64,000 bases of DNA from a bacterium (GTDB lineage: Bacteria; Patescibacteriota; CG2-30-54-11; JBAXVQ01): positions 1,980-65,979 of the forward strand of contig JBAXVQ010000003.1 of NCBI GenBank assembly GCA_037128935.1. The letters run 5' to 3'. A model generated the notes under the pieces. It was not told where the DNA came from and did no database searches. It was given only the letters and a program-made list of their open reading frames with translations. A program made the translations under genes and the position numbers. Shown here in pieces: positions 8,529 to 16,177 of this stretch (position 1 is its first letter; the number at the start of each line of letters is the position of its first letter).

Positions 8529-8592
8529 GTTGTCCGCCCACGGACAACGCTCCTGTACCCCACCCGCCAGCCGTTGTCCGTGGGCGGACAAC
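8529..8592. repeat. Pair of REP-like 20-nt hairpins (GTTGTCCG-N4-CGGACAAC) in mutually inverted orientation
   Basis: GTTGTCCGCCCACGGACAAC at 8529-8548 and its exact reverse complement GTTGTCCGTGGGCGGACAAC at 8573-8592. A third copy lies at 12443-12463. Confidence 0.8.
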
Positions 8593-8685
8593 GGGCACAT
8601 TAATGCGTTATAGCCGCTGGAATAGTTGCTACAATTATGCTACCATTATACAAAAGATTGACCCGAGAGAAGAAAGGAGCAGGCA

Positions 8686-8898
8686 ATGACCACGCTAGTC
8701 CGTAAATTTGTTTTCTCACCGCTGATTGAGGGTTTGTGTCGGATGGTTGATTTTTCTGGTGCGTTCGCAAAAAGTTACGATGAGTATTACGCCCAGCCAA
8801 ACGAAACAGAAGCGTTAAAAAACGATTGGAAAGCCGTTGGGAAAGACATTCGCAGCGCGTTGAACTCTGTTGAGGATCAGTTGCATGACGGAAAATGA
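8686..8898 (+). CDS. Small hypothetical protein, translationally coupled to the DUF2335 gene
   Basis: 70 aa ORF with AGGAG 8 nt upstream of the ATG. Its last 14 nt overlap the downstream ATG at 8885. Confidence 0.45.
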   Translation: MTTLVRKFVFSPLIEGLCRMVDFSGAFAKSYDEYYAQPNETEALKNDWKAVGKDIRSALNSVEDQLHDGK

Positions 8899-9334
8899 GT
8901 ACAAAAAAGCCGACTACAATAACACGATAGAAAAAAGCACCCAAACCACCGCATCCGGCAGTCCCGTCGTCCTCCAAGCAAACTACCAATACGAAGGCCC
9001 TATCCCGCCAGCATTTGAACTCGATCGCTACGAAAAGGTTGAGAAAGGGATGGCAGGCCGCATCATCGCTATGGCAGAACACGAACAAAAGAACCGGCAC
9101 GAAAGCCGCCGCCTGCTCCAAAGCCACAACATCGTCAGATCCTACCTCGGACTCATCTTCGGTTTTATAATAATCTGCGCACTTTCAGGAATGGGGTTTT
9201 ATCTCCTCGTTATAGGGAAATCTATTGAAGGGTTTGTTCTCCTCGTCGGCTCAATTGGAACGCTGCTCCTCGGCTACATTTACGGCCCAACGGTTGCGAA
9301 AGAGAAGAAGGTGGGTGAGGAGGGGAAGGGTTAG
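8885..9334 (+). CDS. DUF2335-family membrane protein
   Basis: PIPPAFELDRYEKVEKGMAGRIIAMAEHEQKNRHE followed by two TM helices matches my recollection of the DUF2335 pattern (PPPE..YE...PG.AERI..MAE.EQ.HRH + 2 TM). Start placed at ATG 8885 rather than the TTG at 8870. Confidence 0.65.
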   Translation: MTENEYKKADYNNTIEKSTQTTASGSPVVLQANYQYEGPIPPAFELDRYEKVEKGMAGRIIAMAEHEQKNRHESRRLLQSHNIVRSYLGLIFGFIIICALSGMGFYLLVIGKSIEGFVLLVGSIGTLLLGYIYGPTVAKEKKVGEEGKG

Positions 9335-9370
9335 GACTGGTTTTTGGGTAGATTTTCTTGCTAAATGCAT

Positions 9371-9512
9371 TTGTTGGTTCAGGCTTCGAACCTGAACCTC
9401 TTGTTATGACGGTAAGGCAACCGCGGAAAATGCTAGGTTACGTCTTCCCACCTCTTCCTAAAGCTCTATACTTCGCGTATGTTATGATTCAAATTACAAA
9501 ATTGAATCATAA
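9371..9512. repeat. Left copy of the imperfect direct repeat flanking the HEPN gene
   Basis: Shares blocks TTGTTG-TTCA-G, AAAATGCTAGG, CTAAAGC and TATGATTCAA-TTACAA-TTGAA with 10408-10530. Contains hairpins GGTTCAGG/CCTGAACC and TGATTCAA/TTGAATCA. Confidence 0.7.
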
Positions 9513-9526
9513 CTAGGTGATTATTT

Positions 9527-10402
9527 ATGAAACTAGACGCTAAAACTCTTCAAAAACTCAAATTACTCATAAATGAGGAAACAGAATATCGTTCAGGTCC
9601 AAAGTTAGTAGCTTTTTTTAACCAACTTGGATTCAATGATCATTATGGACCTGGATTTCCATCTAGAGGAGCCTACACAAGTGAAAGACTTAATATAATC
9701 AACGGGACGCCTGAAATTGATAAGTGTCTAAAACTTCTATTTTCTCCAGTAAATTTTTTAGAGAAAATTAATAATCTCGACAATCACATAGGTGATTTTA
9801 ATAGGTACTTAATGTTTTGTGGATGGAAGTTGTCTAGACAAGGTAAAGAAATAATATTTAAAAAGGCAACGGATGCTGACATTCAGGATGAACTATCTCA
9901 AACAGAGGTAAAAATATCTTCTGAAGAAGACTTCTTGAAAAAAGACTTTGCAGAAGTCTCTTTGGATAATTTAAAGCTAGAGGGAGCGATCACTGAGATT
10001 TTAAAGCAACGTCTAATTGAGATAAAAAGTTGTTTGTCTTCAAAATCAGCATTAGCTGTTATTTTTCTTTGTGGTAGTACACTTGAAGGAATTTTACTTG
10101 GTATTGCATCAAACAACCCAGCAATTTTTAACAAATCAAACTCATCACCAAAAGAAAGAATTACAGGAAAAACATTACCATTTGATAAATGGACTTTATC
10201 AAATTTTATTGACGTAGCAAAAGAAACAGGCTTCATTCAAGAAGATGTTAAACAGTTTAGCCATGTTCTAAGAGCTTTTAGGAATTACATTCATCCTTTT
10301 CAGCAGCGCTTAGAGGAATTCAATCCTTCTGAACATACAGCCAAATTATGTTGGCAAACATTAAAGCTTGCCATAATCGAGATAAATCAAAAAGTAATAT
10401 AA
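9527..10402 (+). CDS. HEPN-motif protein, Abi-like candidate RNase with an uncharacterised N-terminal domain
   Basis: 291 aa. The C-terminal helical region ends in LRAFRNYIHP (10271-10294), an R-x6-H / RN-x2-H match to the HEPN Rx4-6H signature. AT-rich relative to neighbours. Confidence 0.6.
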   Translation: MKLDAKTLQKLKLLINEETEYRSGPKLVAFFNQLGFNDHYGPGFPSRGAYTSERLNIINGTPEIDKCLKLLFSPVNFLEKINNLDNHIGDFNRYLMFCGWKLSRQGKEIIFKKATDADIQDELSQTEVKISSEEDFLKKDFAEVSLDNLKLEGAITEILKQRLIEIKSCLSSKSALAVIFLCGSTLEGILLGIASNNPAIFNKSNSSPKERITGKTLPFDKWTLSNFIDVAKETGFIQEDVKQFSHVLRAFRNYIHPFQQRLEEFNPSEHTAKLCWQTLKLAIIEINQKVI

Positions 10403-10407
10403 CATTC

Positions 10408-10530
10408 TTGTTGTTTCAAGTTTCCAACTTAACCACCTCAGTAAGAAAAAATGCTAGGCTACACGCCCACATCCCTTTCTAAAGCACAACAACCCATAAA
10501 GTATGATTCAAGTTACAAGCTTGAACCAAC
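10408..10530. repeat. Right copy of the imperfect direct repeat flanking the HEPN gene (immediately 3' of nth)
   Basis: See 9371-9512. This copy ends 12 nt from the nth stop codon. Confidence 0.7.
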
Positions 10531-10541
10531 AAAGCGAAAAA

Positions 10542-11171
10542 TTAACACCCCTTCCTCGGACAAATCCCCTGCAAAAAGCACTCCCCACACCTCGGCGTTG
10601 GTGCCTTGCACAGCACTCGCCCATGATCAATGATCTGGTGCGAAAACTTTCCCCAATGCTCTTTGGGCAACAGCTCCATCAGGTCTCGTTCTACTTTCAC
10701 CGGATCAGTTTCTTTCGTTAGCCCCAATCGAAAACTCACTCGTTTCACATGCGTATCTACCACCACGCCAGCAGTAATCCCAAAACCACTAAACAACACG
10801 ACATTCGCCGTTTTTCTCGCTACACCAGGCAGCGTAATCAGTTCATCAAGCGTCTGCGGTACGTTTCCATGAAACTTCTCCAACAGTATTCGAGAAGAAT
10901 TTTTAATAAACGTTGCCTTATTGTTGTAAAACGTAATCTTATTGATCGCCTGCCGTAGCTCTTCAAGATCAGCATCCGCAAAAGCCTGCATCGTGGGATA
11001 TGTTTGAAATAAACCAGGGGTAACCTGATTCACCAGCTTGTCCGTGCATTGCGCAGAAAGGATGGTCGCCACGAGTAGCTGGAACGGTGTTCGGTGATCA
11101 AGAGACGTTGTAGCCTGCGGATAGTGCTTGTCGAGTAATGCCAGCAGTGTTCCAACGGGAGCAGAGAGCAT
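10542..11171 (-). CDS. nth: Endonuclease III (DNA glycosylase/AP lyase)
   Basis: HhH-GPD motif LPGVARKTANVVL, catalytic-region VDTHV, and a C-terminal 4Fe-4S cluster loop CKAPTPRCGECFLQGIC. Confidence 0.9.
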   Translation of the reverse strand: MLSAPVGTLLALLDKHYPQATTSLDHRTPFQLLVATILSAQCTDKLVNQVTPGLFQTYPTMQAFADADLEELRQAINKITFYNNKATFIKNSSRILLEKFHGNVPQTLDELITLPGVARKTANVVLFSGFGITAGVVVDTHVKRVSFRLGLTKETDPVKVERDLMELLPKEHWGKFSHQIIDHGRVLCKAPTPRCGECFLQGICPRKGC

Positions 11172-11192
11172 GGGAAGGTGCTCCTTTGGGAA

Positions 11193-12107
11193 TTAGGATT
11201 CGTCTATAACAAAATCATTGCCAGTCAAAATGGAGAAAATTTCTTTGTAGCGACGGCTGGTTTCTTTCACAAGATTCATAGGCAACTGCGGTGCCGGTGG
11301 TTGCTTGTTCCAATCCAGTGTTTCAAGGTAATCGCGAATATACTGTTTATCAAAACTACTACTCTGAATTTTGCCCGGCTCATAATCTTTCACCTGCCAG
11401 AATCGGGAGGAGTCAGGGGTAAGAATTTCATCGATCAAAATAAGGTCGTCATTGACCAAGCCAAATTCAAACTTGGTATCAGCAAGGATCACGCCTCGGG
11501 ATTCCGCATATTTTGCCGCTTCGTTGTAAATCGCAATGCTGGTGTTTTTCAGCTTGGTTGCAAGCTCCAAACCAATTTCATTGGCAACATAATCAAAAGA
11601 AACATTGATGTCATGCTCCCCAACTTCTTCCTTCGTCGCAGGTGTGAAAATTGGCTCTGGCAGTTTGGATGCCAACTGTAGACCAGCCGGAAGTTTCACC
11701 CCGCAGACGGTTTGGCTTTCCTGGTATTCTTTCCAGCCTGAGCCAGCCAGATAGCCACGAACAACGCACTCAACGTCAATTCGCTTTGCTTTCACAGCCA
11801 ACACAAAACGACCACGAAGCTTGTCCTCAAACTGACGAAACAGCGGCGGAAGATCGTTGATATCTGCGGAAACGATATGGTTAGGGATAATGTCGGCAAG
11901 CAGATTAAACCAGAACAGCGAAAGCTGGTTTAACACACGCCCCTTGTCAGGAATGCCATTAGGAAACACAACATCAAACGCCGAAAGACGATCAGTAGCG
12001 ATGATCAGCAGTTCATCAGCTCCGATCGCATAGATTTCGCGAACTTTGCCCTTGTACTTTGCTGGCTGATGCAAAAAATCGGTATCAGTGATGACTGAAG
12101 TGTTCAT
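11193..12107 (-). CDS. purC: Phosphoribosylaminoimidazole-succinocarboxamide (SAICAR) synthase
   Basis: KGKVREIY, DRLSAFD and ILADTKFEFG motifs. Start placed at ATG 12107 (MNTSVITD..., GGAG 8 nt upstream). The track start 12311 would run through the rib promoter and FMN riboswitch. Confidence 0.9.
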   Translation of the reverse strand: MNTSVITDTDFLHQPAKYKGKVREIYAIGADELLIIATDRLSAFDVVFPNGIPDKGRVLNQLSLFWFNLLADIIPNHIVSADINDLPPLFRQFEDKLRGRFVLAVKAKRIDVECVVRGYLAGSGWKEYQESQTVCGVKLPAGLQLASKLPEPIFTPATKEEVGEHDINVSFDYVANEIGLELATKLKNTSIAIYNEAAKYAESRGVILADTKFEFGLVNDDLILIDEILTPDSSRFWQVKDYEPGKIQSSSFDKQYIRDYLETLDWNKQPPAPQLPMNLVKETSRRYKEIFSILTGNDFVIDES

Positions 12108-12164
12108 TGTTGCGTTCTCCTTCTTACCAACCATTGTAGCAGAGAAGGATGATGAGGACATCGA

Positions 12165-12193
12165 TTGACAAACAGCACTACGCTCCCTAGACT
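12165..12193 (+). promoter_or_regulatory. Putative sigma-70 promoter of the riboflavin operon
   Basis: TTGACA (12165-12170), 17-nt spacer, TAGACT (12188-12193), about 15 nt upstream of the riboswitch P1 strand. Confidence 0.5.
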
Positions 12194-12204
12194 TGGATAC
12201 CAAC

Positions 12205-12352
12205 AAACCTACTTTCAGGGCAGGTGCAAATCCTGACCGGTGGTAATCCGCTAGAAATGGCGGGAAGTCCACGAGCCAAGCGCGTAACAACGTTAGGCAG
12301 ATCCGGTGCAAAGCCGGAACCGACGGTTACAGTCCGGATGAAAGAAAGCATG
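12205..12352 (+). promoter_or_regulatory. FMN riboswitch (RFN element) aptamer
   Basis: Conserved blocks TTCAGGGCAGGTGCAAATCCTGACCGGTGGT ... AGTCCACGAGCC ... CCGGTGCAAAGCCGGAACCGACGGTTACAGTCCGGATGAAAGAAAG match the RFN consensus. Located upstream of ribD. Confidence 0.9.
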
Positions 12353-12392
12353 GTTTTAGCTCGCTCTGCGAGTTTTTTCGCTTGATCAAAGC

Positions 12393-12428
12393 AGCCCTGA
12401 AAGAAATTTCGGGGCTTTTTTATTTTTT
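12393..12428 (+). terminator. Riboswitch expression-platform intrinsic terminator
   Basis: 10-bp stem AGCCCTGAAA/TTTCGGGGCT with a GAAA loop, followed by TTTTTATTTTTT. The 5' arm GCCCTGAAAG is exactly complementary to the P1 5' strand CTTTCAGGGC (12212-12221). Confidence 0.8.
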
Positions 12429-12442
12429 ACCACCTCGTGCAA

Positions 12443-12463
12443 GTTGTCCGCCCCCCGGACAAC
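12443..12463. repeat. REP-like hairpin, third copy (GTTGTCCG-N5-CGGACAAC)
   Basis: GTTGTCCGCCCCCCGGACAAC lies between the rib terminator and the ribD start. Same arms as 8529-8548 and 8573-8592. Confidence 0.75.
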
Positions 12464-12502
12464 TGAACCAGACAGGGTAACAAGCACAGGAAAAGGAACA
12501 CG

Positions 12503-13606
12503 ATGCCAACTAACGAACGATTTATGAAAAAGGCCTTGCAGCTTGCCCGAAAGGGTCTGGGGAAGACGAGCCCAAATCCGGTAGTTGGCTGCGTTATCGT
12601 TAAAGATGGCGAAATAGTTGGCGAAGGCTACCACCAGAAAGCCGGAACTCCCCACGCTGAAGTACACGCCCTGCACCATGCCGGTGAAAAAGCTCGCGGA
12701 GCGACAGCCTACGTCACCCTCGAACCCTGCAGCCACTTCGGCAAAACGCCACCATGCGCCGACGCGCTCATTGCGGCTGGAATAAAGCACGTTGTTATCG
12801 CTACTCAAGACCAAAACCCCTTAGTTTCTGGAAAAGGAATTGCAAAGCTCCGAAGTGCCGGAATAAAAGTTGAAGTCGGATGCCTTGAACAAGAAGCCAA
12901 AGCTATAAACGACTGGTTCTTTCACTACATAGAAACGAACACGCCCTTTGTCATCGGCAAACTTGCCCTTTCCCTCGATGGAAAAATCGCAACAAAAACC
13001 GGTGACTCGCAGTGGATTTCCAGCGAAGAGGCAAGAAATCATGTCCATCGCATTCGTGAACAGGTTGACGGGATTGTAGTTGGCAAAAACACCGCCCTCC
13101 ACGACAATCCTCGTCTAACTGCCCGTCGTGGCGACAAAATTACCAAAACTCCTTACAGAATTATTCTCGATGCCAGCGGGGAAATCCCAGTCACGCACCC
13201 ATTGATTGCCAACAACAGCGACCAAAAGACCATTATTGTCTGCAGCGAAAACTTAGATAATCATGCCTTGCTTCAAGCTGGCGTGCACGTTATCCCACTT
13301 TCCCTCGATAAGGCAGGTCGGTTGCCAATTCCTCAGTTATTGAAAGAACTCGGTTCGATAGAAATTGCCAGCATTCTTGTCGAAGGCGGAGGGCAGGTGA
13401 TGACCTCTTTTCTCAATGCGGGAGCGATTCAGCGCCTCCACTGTTTTGTTGCCCCCATCATTGTTGGCAACGACGGCATACCTGGCTTTGGCTCTCTGGG
13501 AACAGAAACCATCGCACAATCATTGCATTTACTGAACACTTCCTATACACAATTCGGCGACACCATGCTTATTACAGGCGTTCCCACAAAGGAGTATTCC
13601 ACGTGA
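12503..13606 (+). CDS. ribD: Bifunctional riboflavin biosynthesis protein RibD (pyrimidine deaminase / uracil reductase)
   Basis: CMP/dCMP-deaminase zinc motifs HAEVHAL and [11 protein letters not shown], plus a C-terminal reductase domain. Confidence 0.95.
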   Translation: MPTNERFMKKALQLARKGLGKTSPNPVVGCVIVKDGEIVGEGYHQKAGTPHAEVHALHHAGEKARGATAYVTLEPCSHFGKTPPCADALIAAGIKHVVIATQDQNPLVSGKGIAKLRSAGIKVEVGCLEQEAKAINDWFFHYIETNTPFVIGKLALSLDGKIATKTGDSQWISSEEARNHVHRIREQVDGIVVGKNTALHDNPRLTARRGDKITKTPYRIILDASGEIPVTHPLIANNSDQKTIIVCSENLDNHALLQAGVHVIPLSLDKAGRLPIPQLLKELGSIEIASILVEGGGQVMTSFLNAGAIQRLHCFVAPIIVGNDGIPGFGSLGTETIAQSLHLLNTSYTQFGDTMLITGVPTKEYST

Positions 13607-14796
13607 AAAAACTGTCCAATCTCACACAAGCCGTGCAAGACCTCAAAGAGGGCAAGATGATCCTCGTTGTCGATGATGAAGATCGGGAAAACGAAGGGGA
13701 CCTAGTCTGTGCCGCAGAAAAAATTACACCGGAAATAGTCACGTTTATGCTGCGCTATTCTTCAGGAATTCTCTGCCTCCCAACCACCGAAGAACACCTT
13801 CGTAACCTGAAAATTCCCATGATGGTTGAACATAGCACTGATCCCTTTACCACACCCTTCACCGTTTCAATTGATGCCAAACAAGGCATCAGCACCGGAG
13901 TCAGTGCGGTAGACCGTTGCGTCACTATCAAGAAATTTTCCGACCTCAACGCAAAACCCGAAGACTTCGCCCGCCCAGGCCACATGTTTCCCTTGCAAGC
14001 AAACAAAGCCGGAGTCCTTCGTCGTGCCGGACACACCGAGTCATCCGTTGATCTCCTGAAAATTGCCGGACTAAACCCTGTCGCAGTTATTGGCGAACTG
14101 ATGAACGACAACGGCACCATGTCGAAATATGATGAAATAAAAACGTTCGCGCTGGAGCATAAGATTACACTGGTTACCATCGCCGACCTGATTGCCTATC
14201 GTAGGAAAAAAGAAACCCTCGTCGAGCAGCTTTCTGAAGCCAGCCTCCCCACAGAATTTGGCGACTTCACCATAAAAGTCTTCGAAGATGTGATTACCAA
14301 AGAAAACCACGTGGCACTCATCAAAGGCAGCGTTTCCGCCGAAACCCCAACACTTGTTCGCGTCCACTCGCAATGCCTAACCGGCGATGTGTTCCATTCC
14401 CTCCGCTGCGACTGCGGACAACAACTCGAGAAAGCGATGGAAGTGATTGGAAAAGAAGGCGGCGTTATTCTTTACCTTCGGCAGGAAGGCCGCGGCATCG
14501 GTTTGGCCAACAAGATCAAGGCGTATCAATTACAAGATGAAGGCTTGGATACGGTTGAAGCAAACGAAAAGCTTGGCTTTGCAATCGACCTTCGTGACTA
14601 CGGTATTGGAGCACAGATACTACTTTCTCTAGGGGTGAAGAAAATAAAACTCCTCACCAACAACCCAAAGAAAATTGCCGGATTAGAAGGTTTCGATCTC
14701 GAAATTGTTGAAAATGTCCCTCTGCAAATTGAAGCAAATCAGCACAGCGCAGGGTATTTAAAGACGAAAAAAGAGAAGATGGGGCATTTGCTGTAG
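13603..14796 (+). CDS. ribBA: Bifunctional DHBP synthase / GTP cyclohydrolase II
   Basis: [11 protein letters not shown] (RibB) and [21 protein letters not shown] (RibA zinc site). 4-nt overlap with ribD. Confidence 0.95.
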   Translation: MKKLSNLTQAVQDLKEGKMILVVDDEDRENEGDLVCAAEKITPEIVTFMLRYSSGILCLPTTEEHLRNLKIPMMVEHSTDPFTTPFTVSIDAKQGISTGVSAVDRCVTIKKFSDLNAKPEDFARPGHMFPLQANKAGVLRRAGHTESSVDLLKIAGLNPVAVIGELMNDNGTMSKYDEIKTFALEHKITLVTIADLIAYRRKKETLVEQLSEASLPTEFGDFTIKVFEDVITKENHVALIKGSVSAETPTLVRVHSQCLTGDVFHSLRCDCGQQLEKAMEVIGKEGGVILYLRQEGRGIGLANKIKAYQLQDEGLDTVEANEKLGFAIDLRDYGIGAQILLSLGVKKIKLLTNNPKKIAGLEGFDLEIVENVPLQIEANQHSAGYLKTKKEKMGHLL

Positions 14797-14817
14797 GGAA
14801 AAGTATTCCTTACTAAA

Positions 14818-14862
14818 TTGACAAAAAGTCAGAAAAAGTACATAATTAGTACGTAATTAGTA
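14818..14862 (+). promoter_or_regulatory. Putative promoter plus direct-repeat operator of the toxin-antitoxin pair
   Basis: TTGACA (14818-14823), 17 nt, CATAAT (14841-14846). TAATTAGTA occurs twice with 11-nt register (14843-14851, 14854-14862), overlapping the -10 box. Confidence 0.5.
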
Positions 14863-14878
14863 TTTAAAAAAGGCTTTT

Positions 14879-15178
14879 ATGAGTACTTCGAGACAAATAA
14901 TCCCCCCTGATGTCCATAGACTAATTGCTGAGCTTAAACCTATAGTATCCCCTGAATCAAAATCAATGGATATTATTAGAATAGCTTTGGTAGAGATGAA
15001 GAAAACGTGGCTAGTAAGAGAAGAAAAAGTCACCATCAATGATCCTAGACACCCATACTATGCCAAAACTACGCCTGCAGAAGAAAAAGCTCTTGAGTTG
15101 TCTTTTCGTGAGATAGCTGATGGCGATTATACTGATCTCAACCCTGATCAAGACATTTCAGAGCTATTGAATGATTAA
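14879..15178 (+). CDS. Putative antitoxin (family not recognised)
   Basis: 99 aa ORF ending 2 nt before the RelE-like toxin gene, with an acidic C-terminal tail. Assignment is by position only. Confidence 0.45.
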   Translation: MSTSRQIIPPDVHRLIAELKPIVSPESKSMDIIRIALVEMKKTWLVREEKVTINDPRHPYYAKTTPAEEKALELSFREIADGDYTDLNPDQDISELLND

Positions 15179-15180
15179 CA

Positions 15181-15474
15181 ATGCCTACTAGACTATACAC
15201 AATCAGGCAATCAGGAAGTTTTAAAAAGAAGCTCAAAAAGATTGTTCGCAAAGATATAAGAATAAAAGAAGTGTTGTTGAGTAAGATTCAACTGCTGCGG
15301 TTAAATCCCAAAGACAAAATATTGAGGTCTCACAAAGTTACTAGCTCAAAATTTGGCGAGGTTTTTAGTAGCTATATTACAGGAAATATTCGGTTGATTT
15401 GGAAATATGATGAAAATGATCGCATTGTTCTCTGTTTGCTTGATATAGGCGGGCATGATGACGTTTATAATTAA
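15181..15474 (+). CDS. RelE/ParE-superfamily type II toxin (mRNA-interferase type)
   Basis: 97 aa. The pattern FKKKLKKI...LRSHKV...GEVFSSYITGNIRLIWKYDENDRIVLCLLDIGGHDDVY matches the RelE/YafQ/StbE layout (HKL.G..., R.iY, iG.H..vY). Confidence 0.7.
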   Translation: MPTRLYTIRQSGSFKKKLKKIVRKDIRIKEVLLSKIQLLRLNPKDKILRSHKVTSSKFGEVFSSYITGNIRLIWKYDENDRIVLCLLDIGGHDDVYN

Positions 15475-15565
15475 AAAAAACGGCATCAATTAATACTGTG
15501 CTAAAACGTTTGTTAGATCTCGTATGTTTTTTTTGAGCAATGTGCATATCGCATAAGGATTTCCC

Positions 15566-16177
15566 ATGTTCACCGGCATCATCGAACAACTCGGCACGAT
15601 AGCAATTATTTCCCCTGGAAATCCCCTGACCAGGCTTTTGGTTGAGATTCCTGAGCGGTGGAATGCCGATTTACAGCTTGGCGAAAGTATTGCAGTCAAC
15701 GGCATCTGCCTAACCGTGGCTGAAATTAGCAGCACCACAATGCTCTTCGAAGCTATGCCAGAAACCGTGCAGAAAACTGCGATGGCCAATTGGAAAGACA
15801 ATCAACAGGTAAATTTGGAAAGAGCATGCTTGGCACAAACACGATTGGGCGGACACATCGTCTCGGGTCACGTTGACGGCGTTGGTATGGTGAAAACTGT
15901 TGCCCCCGATGAACGAGGAAACAGAATTATTACCATCACCGTGGATAGGGCTCTTGTCCCTTTCCTTGCGTCAAAAGGATCAGTAACCGTTGATGGTGTA
16001 AGCCTCACCATTATCGATTGCAAAGAAGATCACTTCACCGTTGGCATCATCCCGCACACATGGGAACACACCATCTTGCAGACGTACACACCTCAAATTA
16101 GAGTGAATATTGAAGTTGATACTATCGCTCGGTATGTTGTGCACGCCATGCGTTATTTGCAGCAGAAAAGTTTTTAA
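15566..16177 (+). CDS. ribE: Riboflavin synthase alpha chain
   Basis: MFTGIIE start, duplicated lumazine-binding barrels (GESIAVNGICLTV / GSVTVDGVSLTI). Confidence 0.9.
   Translation: MFTGIIEQLGTIAIISPGNPLTRLLVEIPERWNADLQLGESIAVNGICLTVAEISSTTMLFEAMPETVQKTAMANWKDNQQVNLERACLAQTRLGGHIVSGHVDGVGMVKTVAPDERGNRIITITVDRALVPFLASKGSVTVDGVSLTIIDCKEDHFTVGIIPHTWEHTILQTYTPQIRVNIEVDTIARYVVHAMRYLQQKSF

Noticed and set aside
9378-9400. tRNA-like T-arm: on the minus strand GGTTCAGG-TTCGAAG-CCTGAACC looks like a T stem-loop, suggesting a tRNA or tRNA fragment as an integration site.
   Set aside because: I could not fold a cloverleaf. The sequence at the required distance upstream is not complementary to the would-be acceptor 3' strand, and the 7-8 bp stem is longer than a T stem. 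It is treated as a plain hairpin, possibly the terminator of the DUF2335 gene.
10451-10633. 60 aa ORF (MLGYTPTSLSKAQQ...) and its 28 aa counterpart at 9431-9517 (MLGYVFPPLPKALY...) as a duplicated small gene.
   Set aside because: Similarity is explained by the DNA duplication. The frames diverge quickly, the longer one runs antisense into nth, and no ribosome-binding site is evident.
11193-12311. Track ORF giving purC a 68 aa N-terminal extension.
   Set aside because: The extension runs antisense through the rib promoter and the FMN riboswitch and has no PurC homology. An internal ATG at 12107 has a GGAG upstream and starts the conserved sequence.
12386-12814. 142 aa minus-strand ORF opposite the ribD 5' region. 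Similar long antisense ORFs lie at 8600..9127, 41554..42273 (in pnp), 45550..46083 (in ilvC) and 16698..17066.
   Set aside because: They lie fully opposite strongly supported genes, have no recognisable motifs, and have compositions typical of shadow frames.
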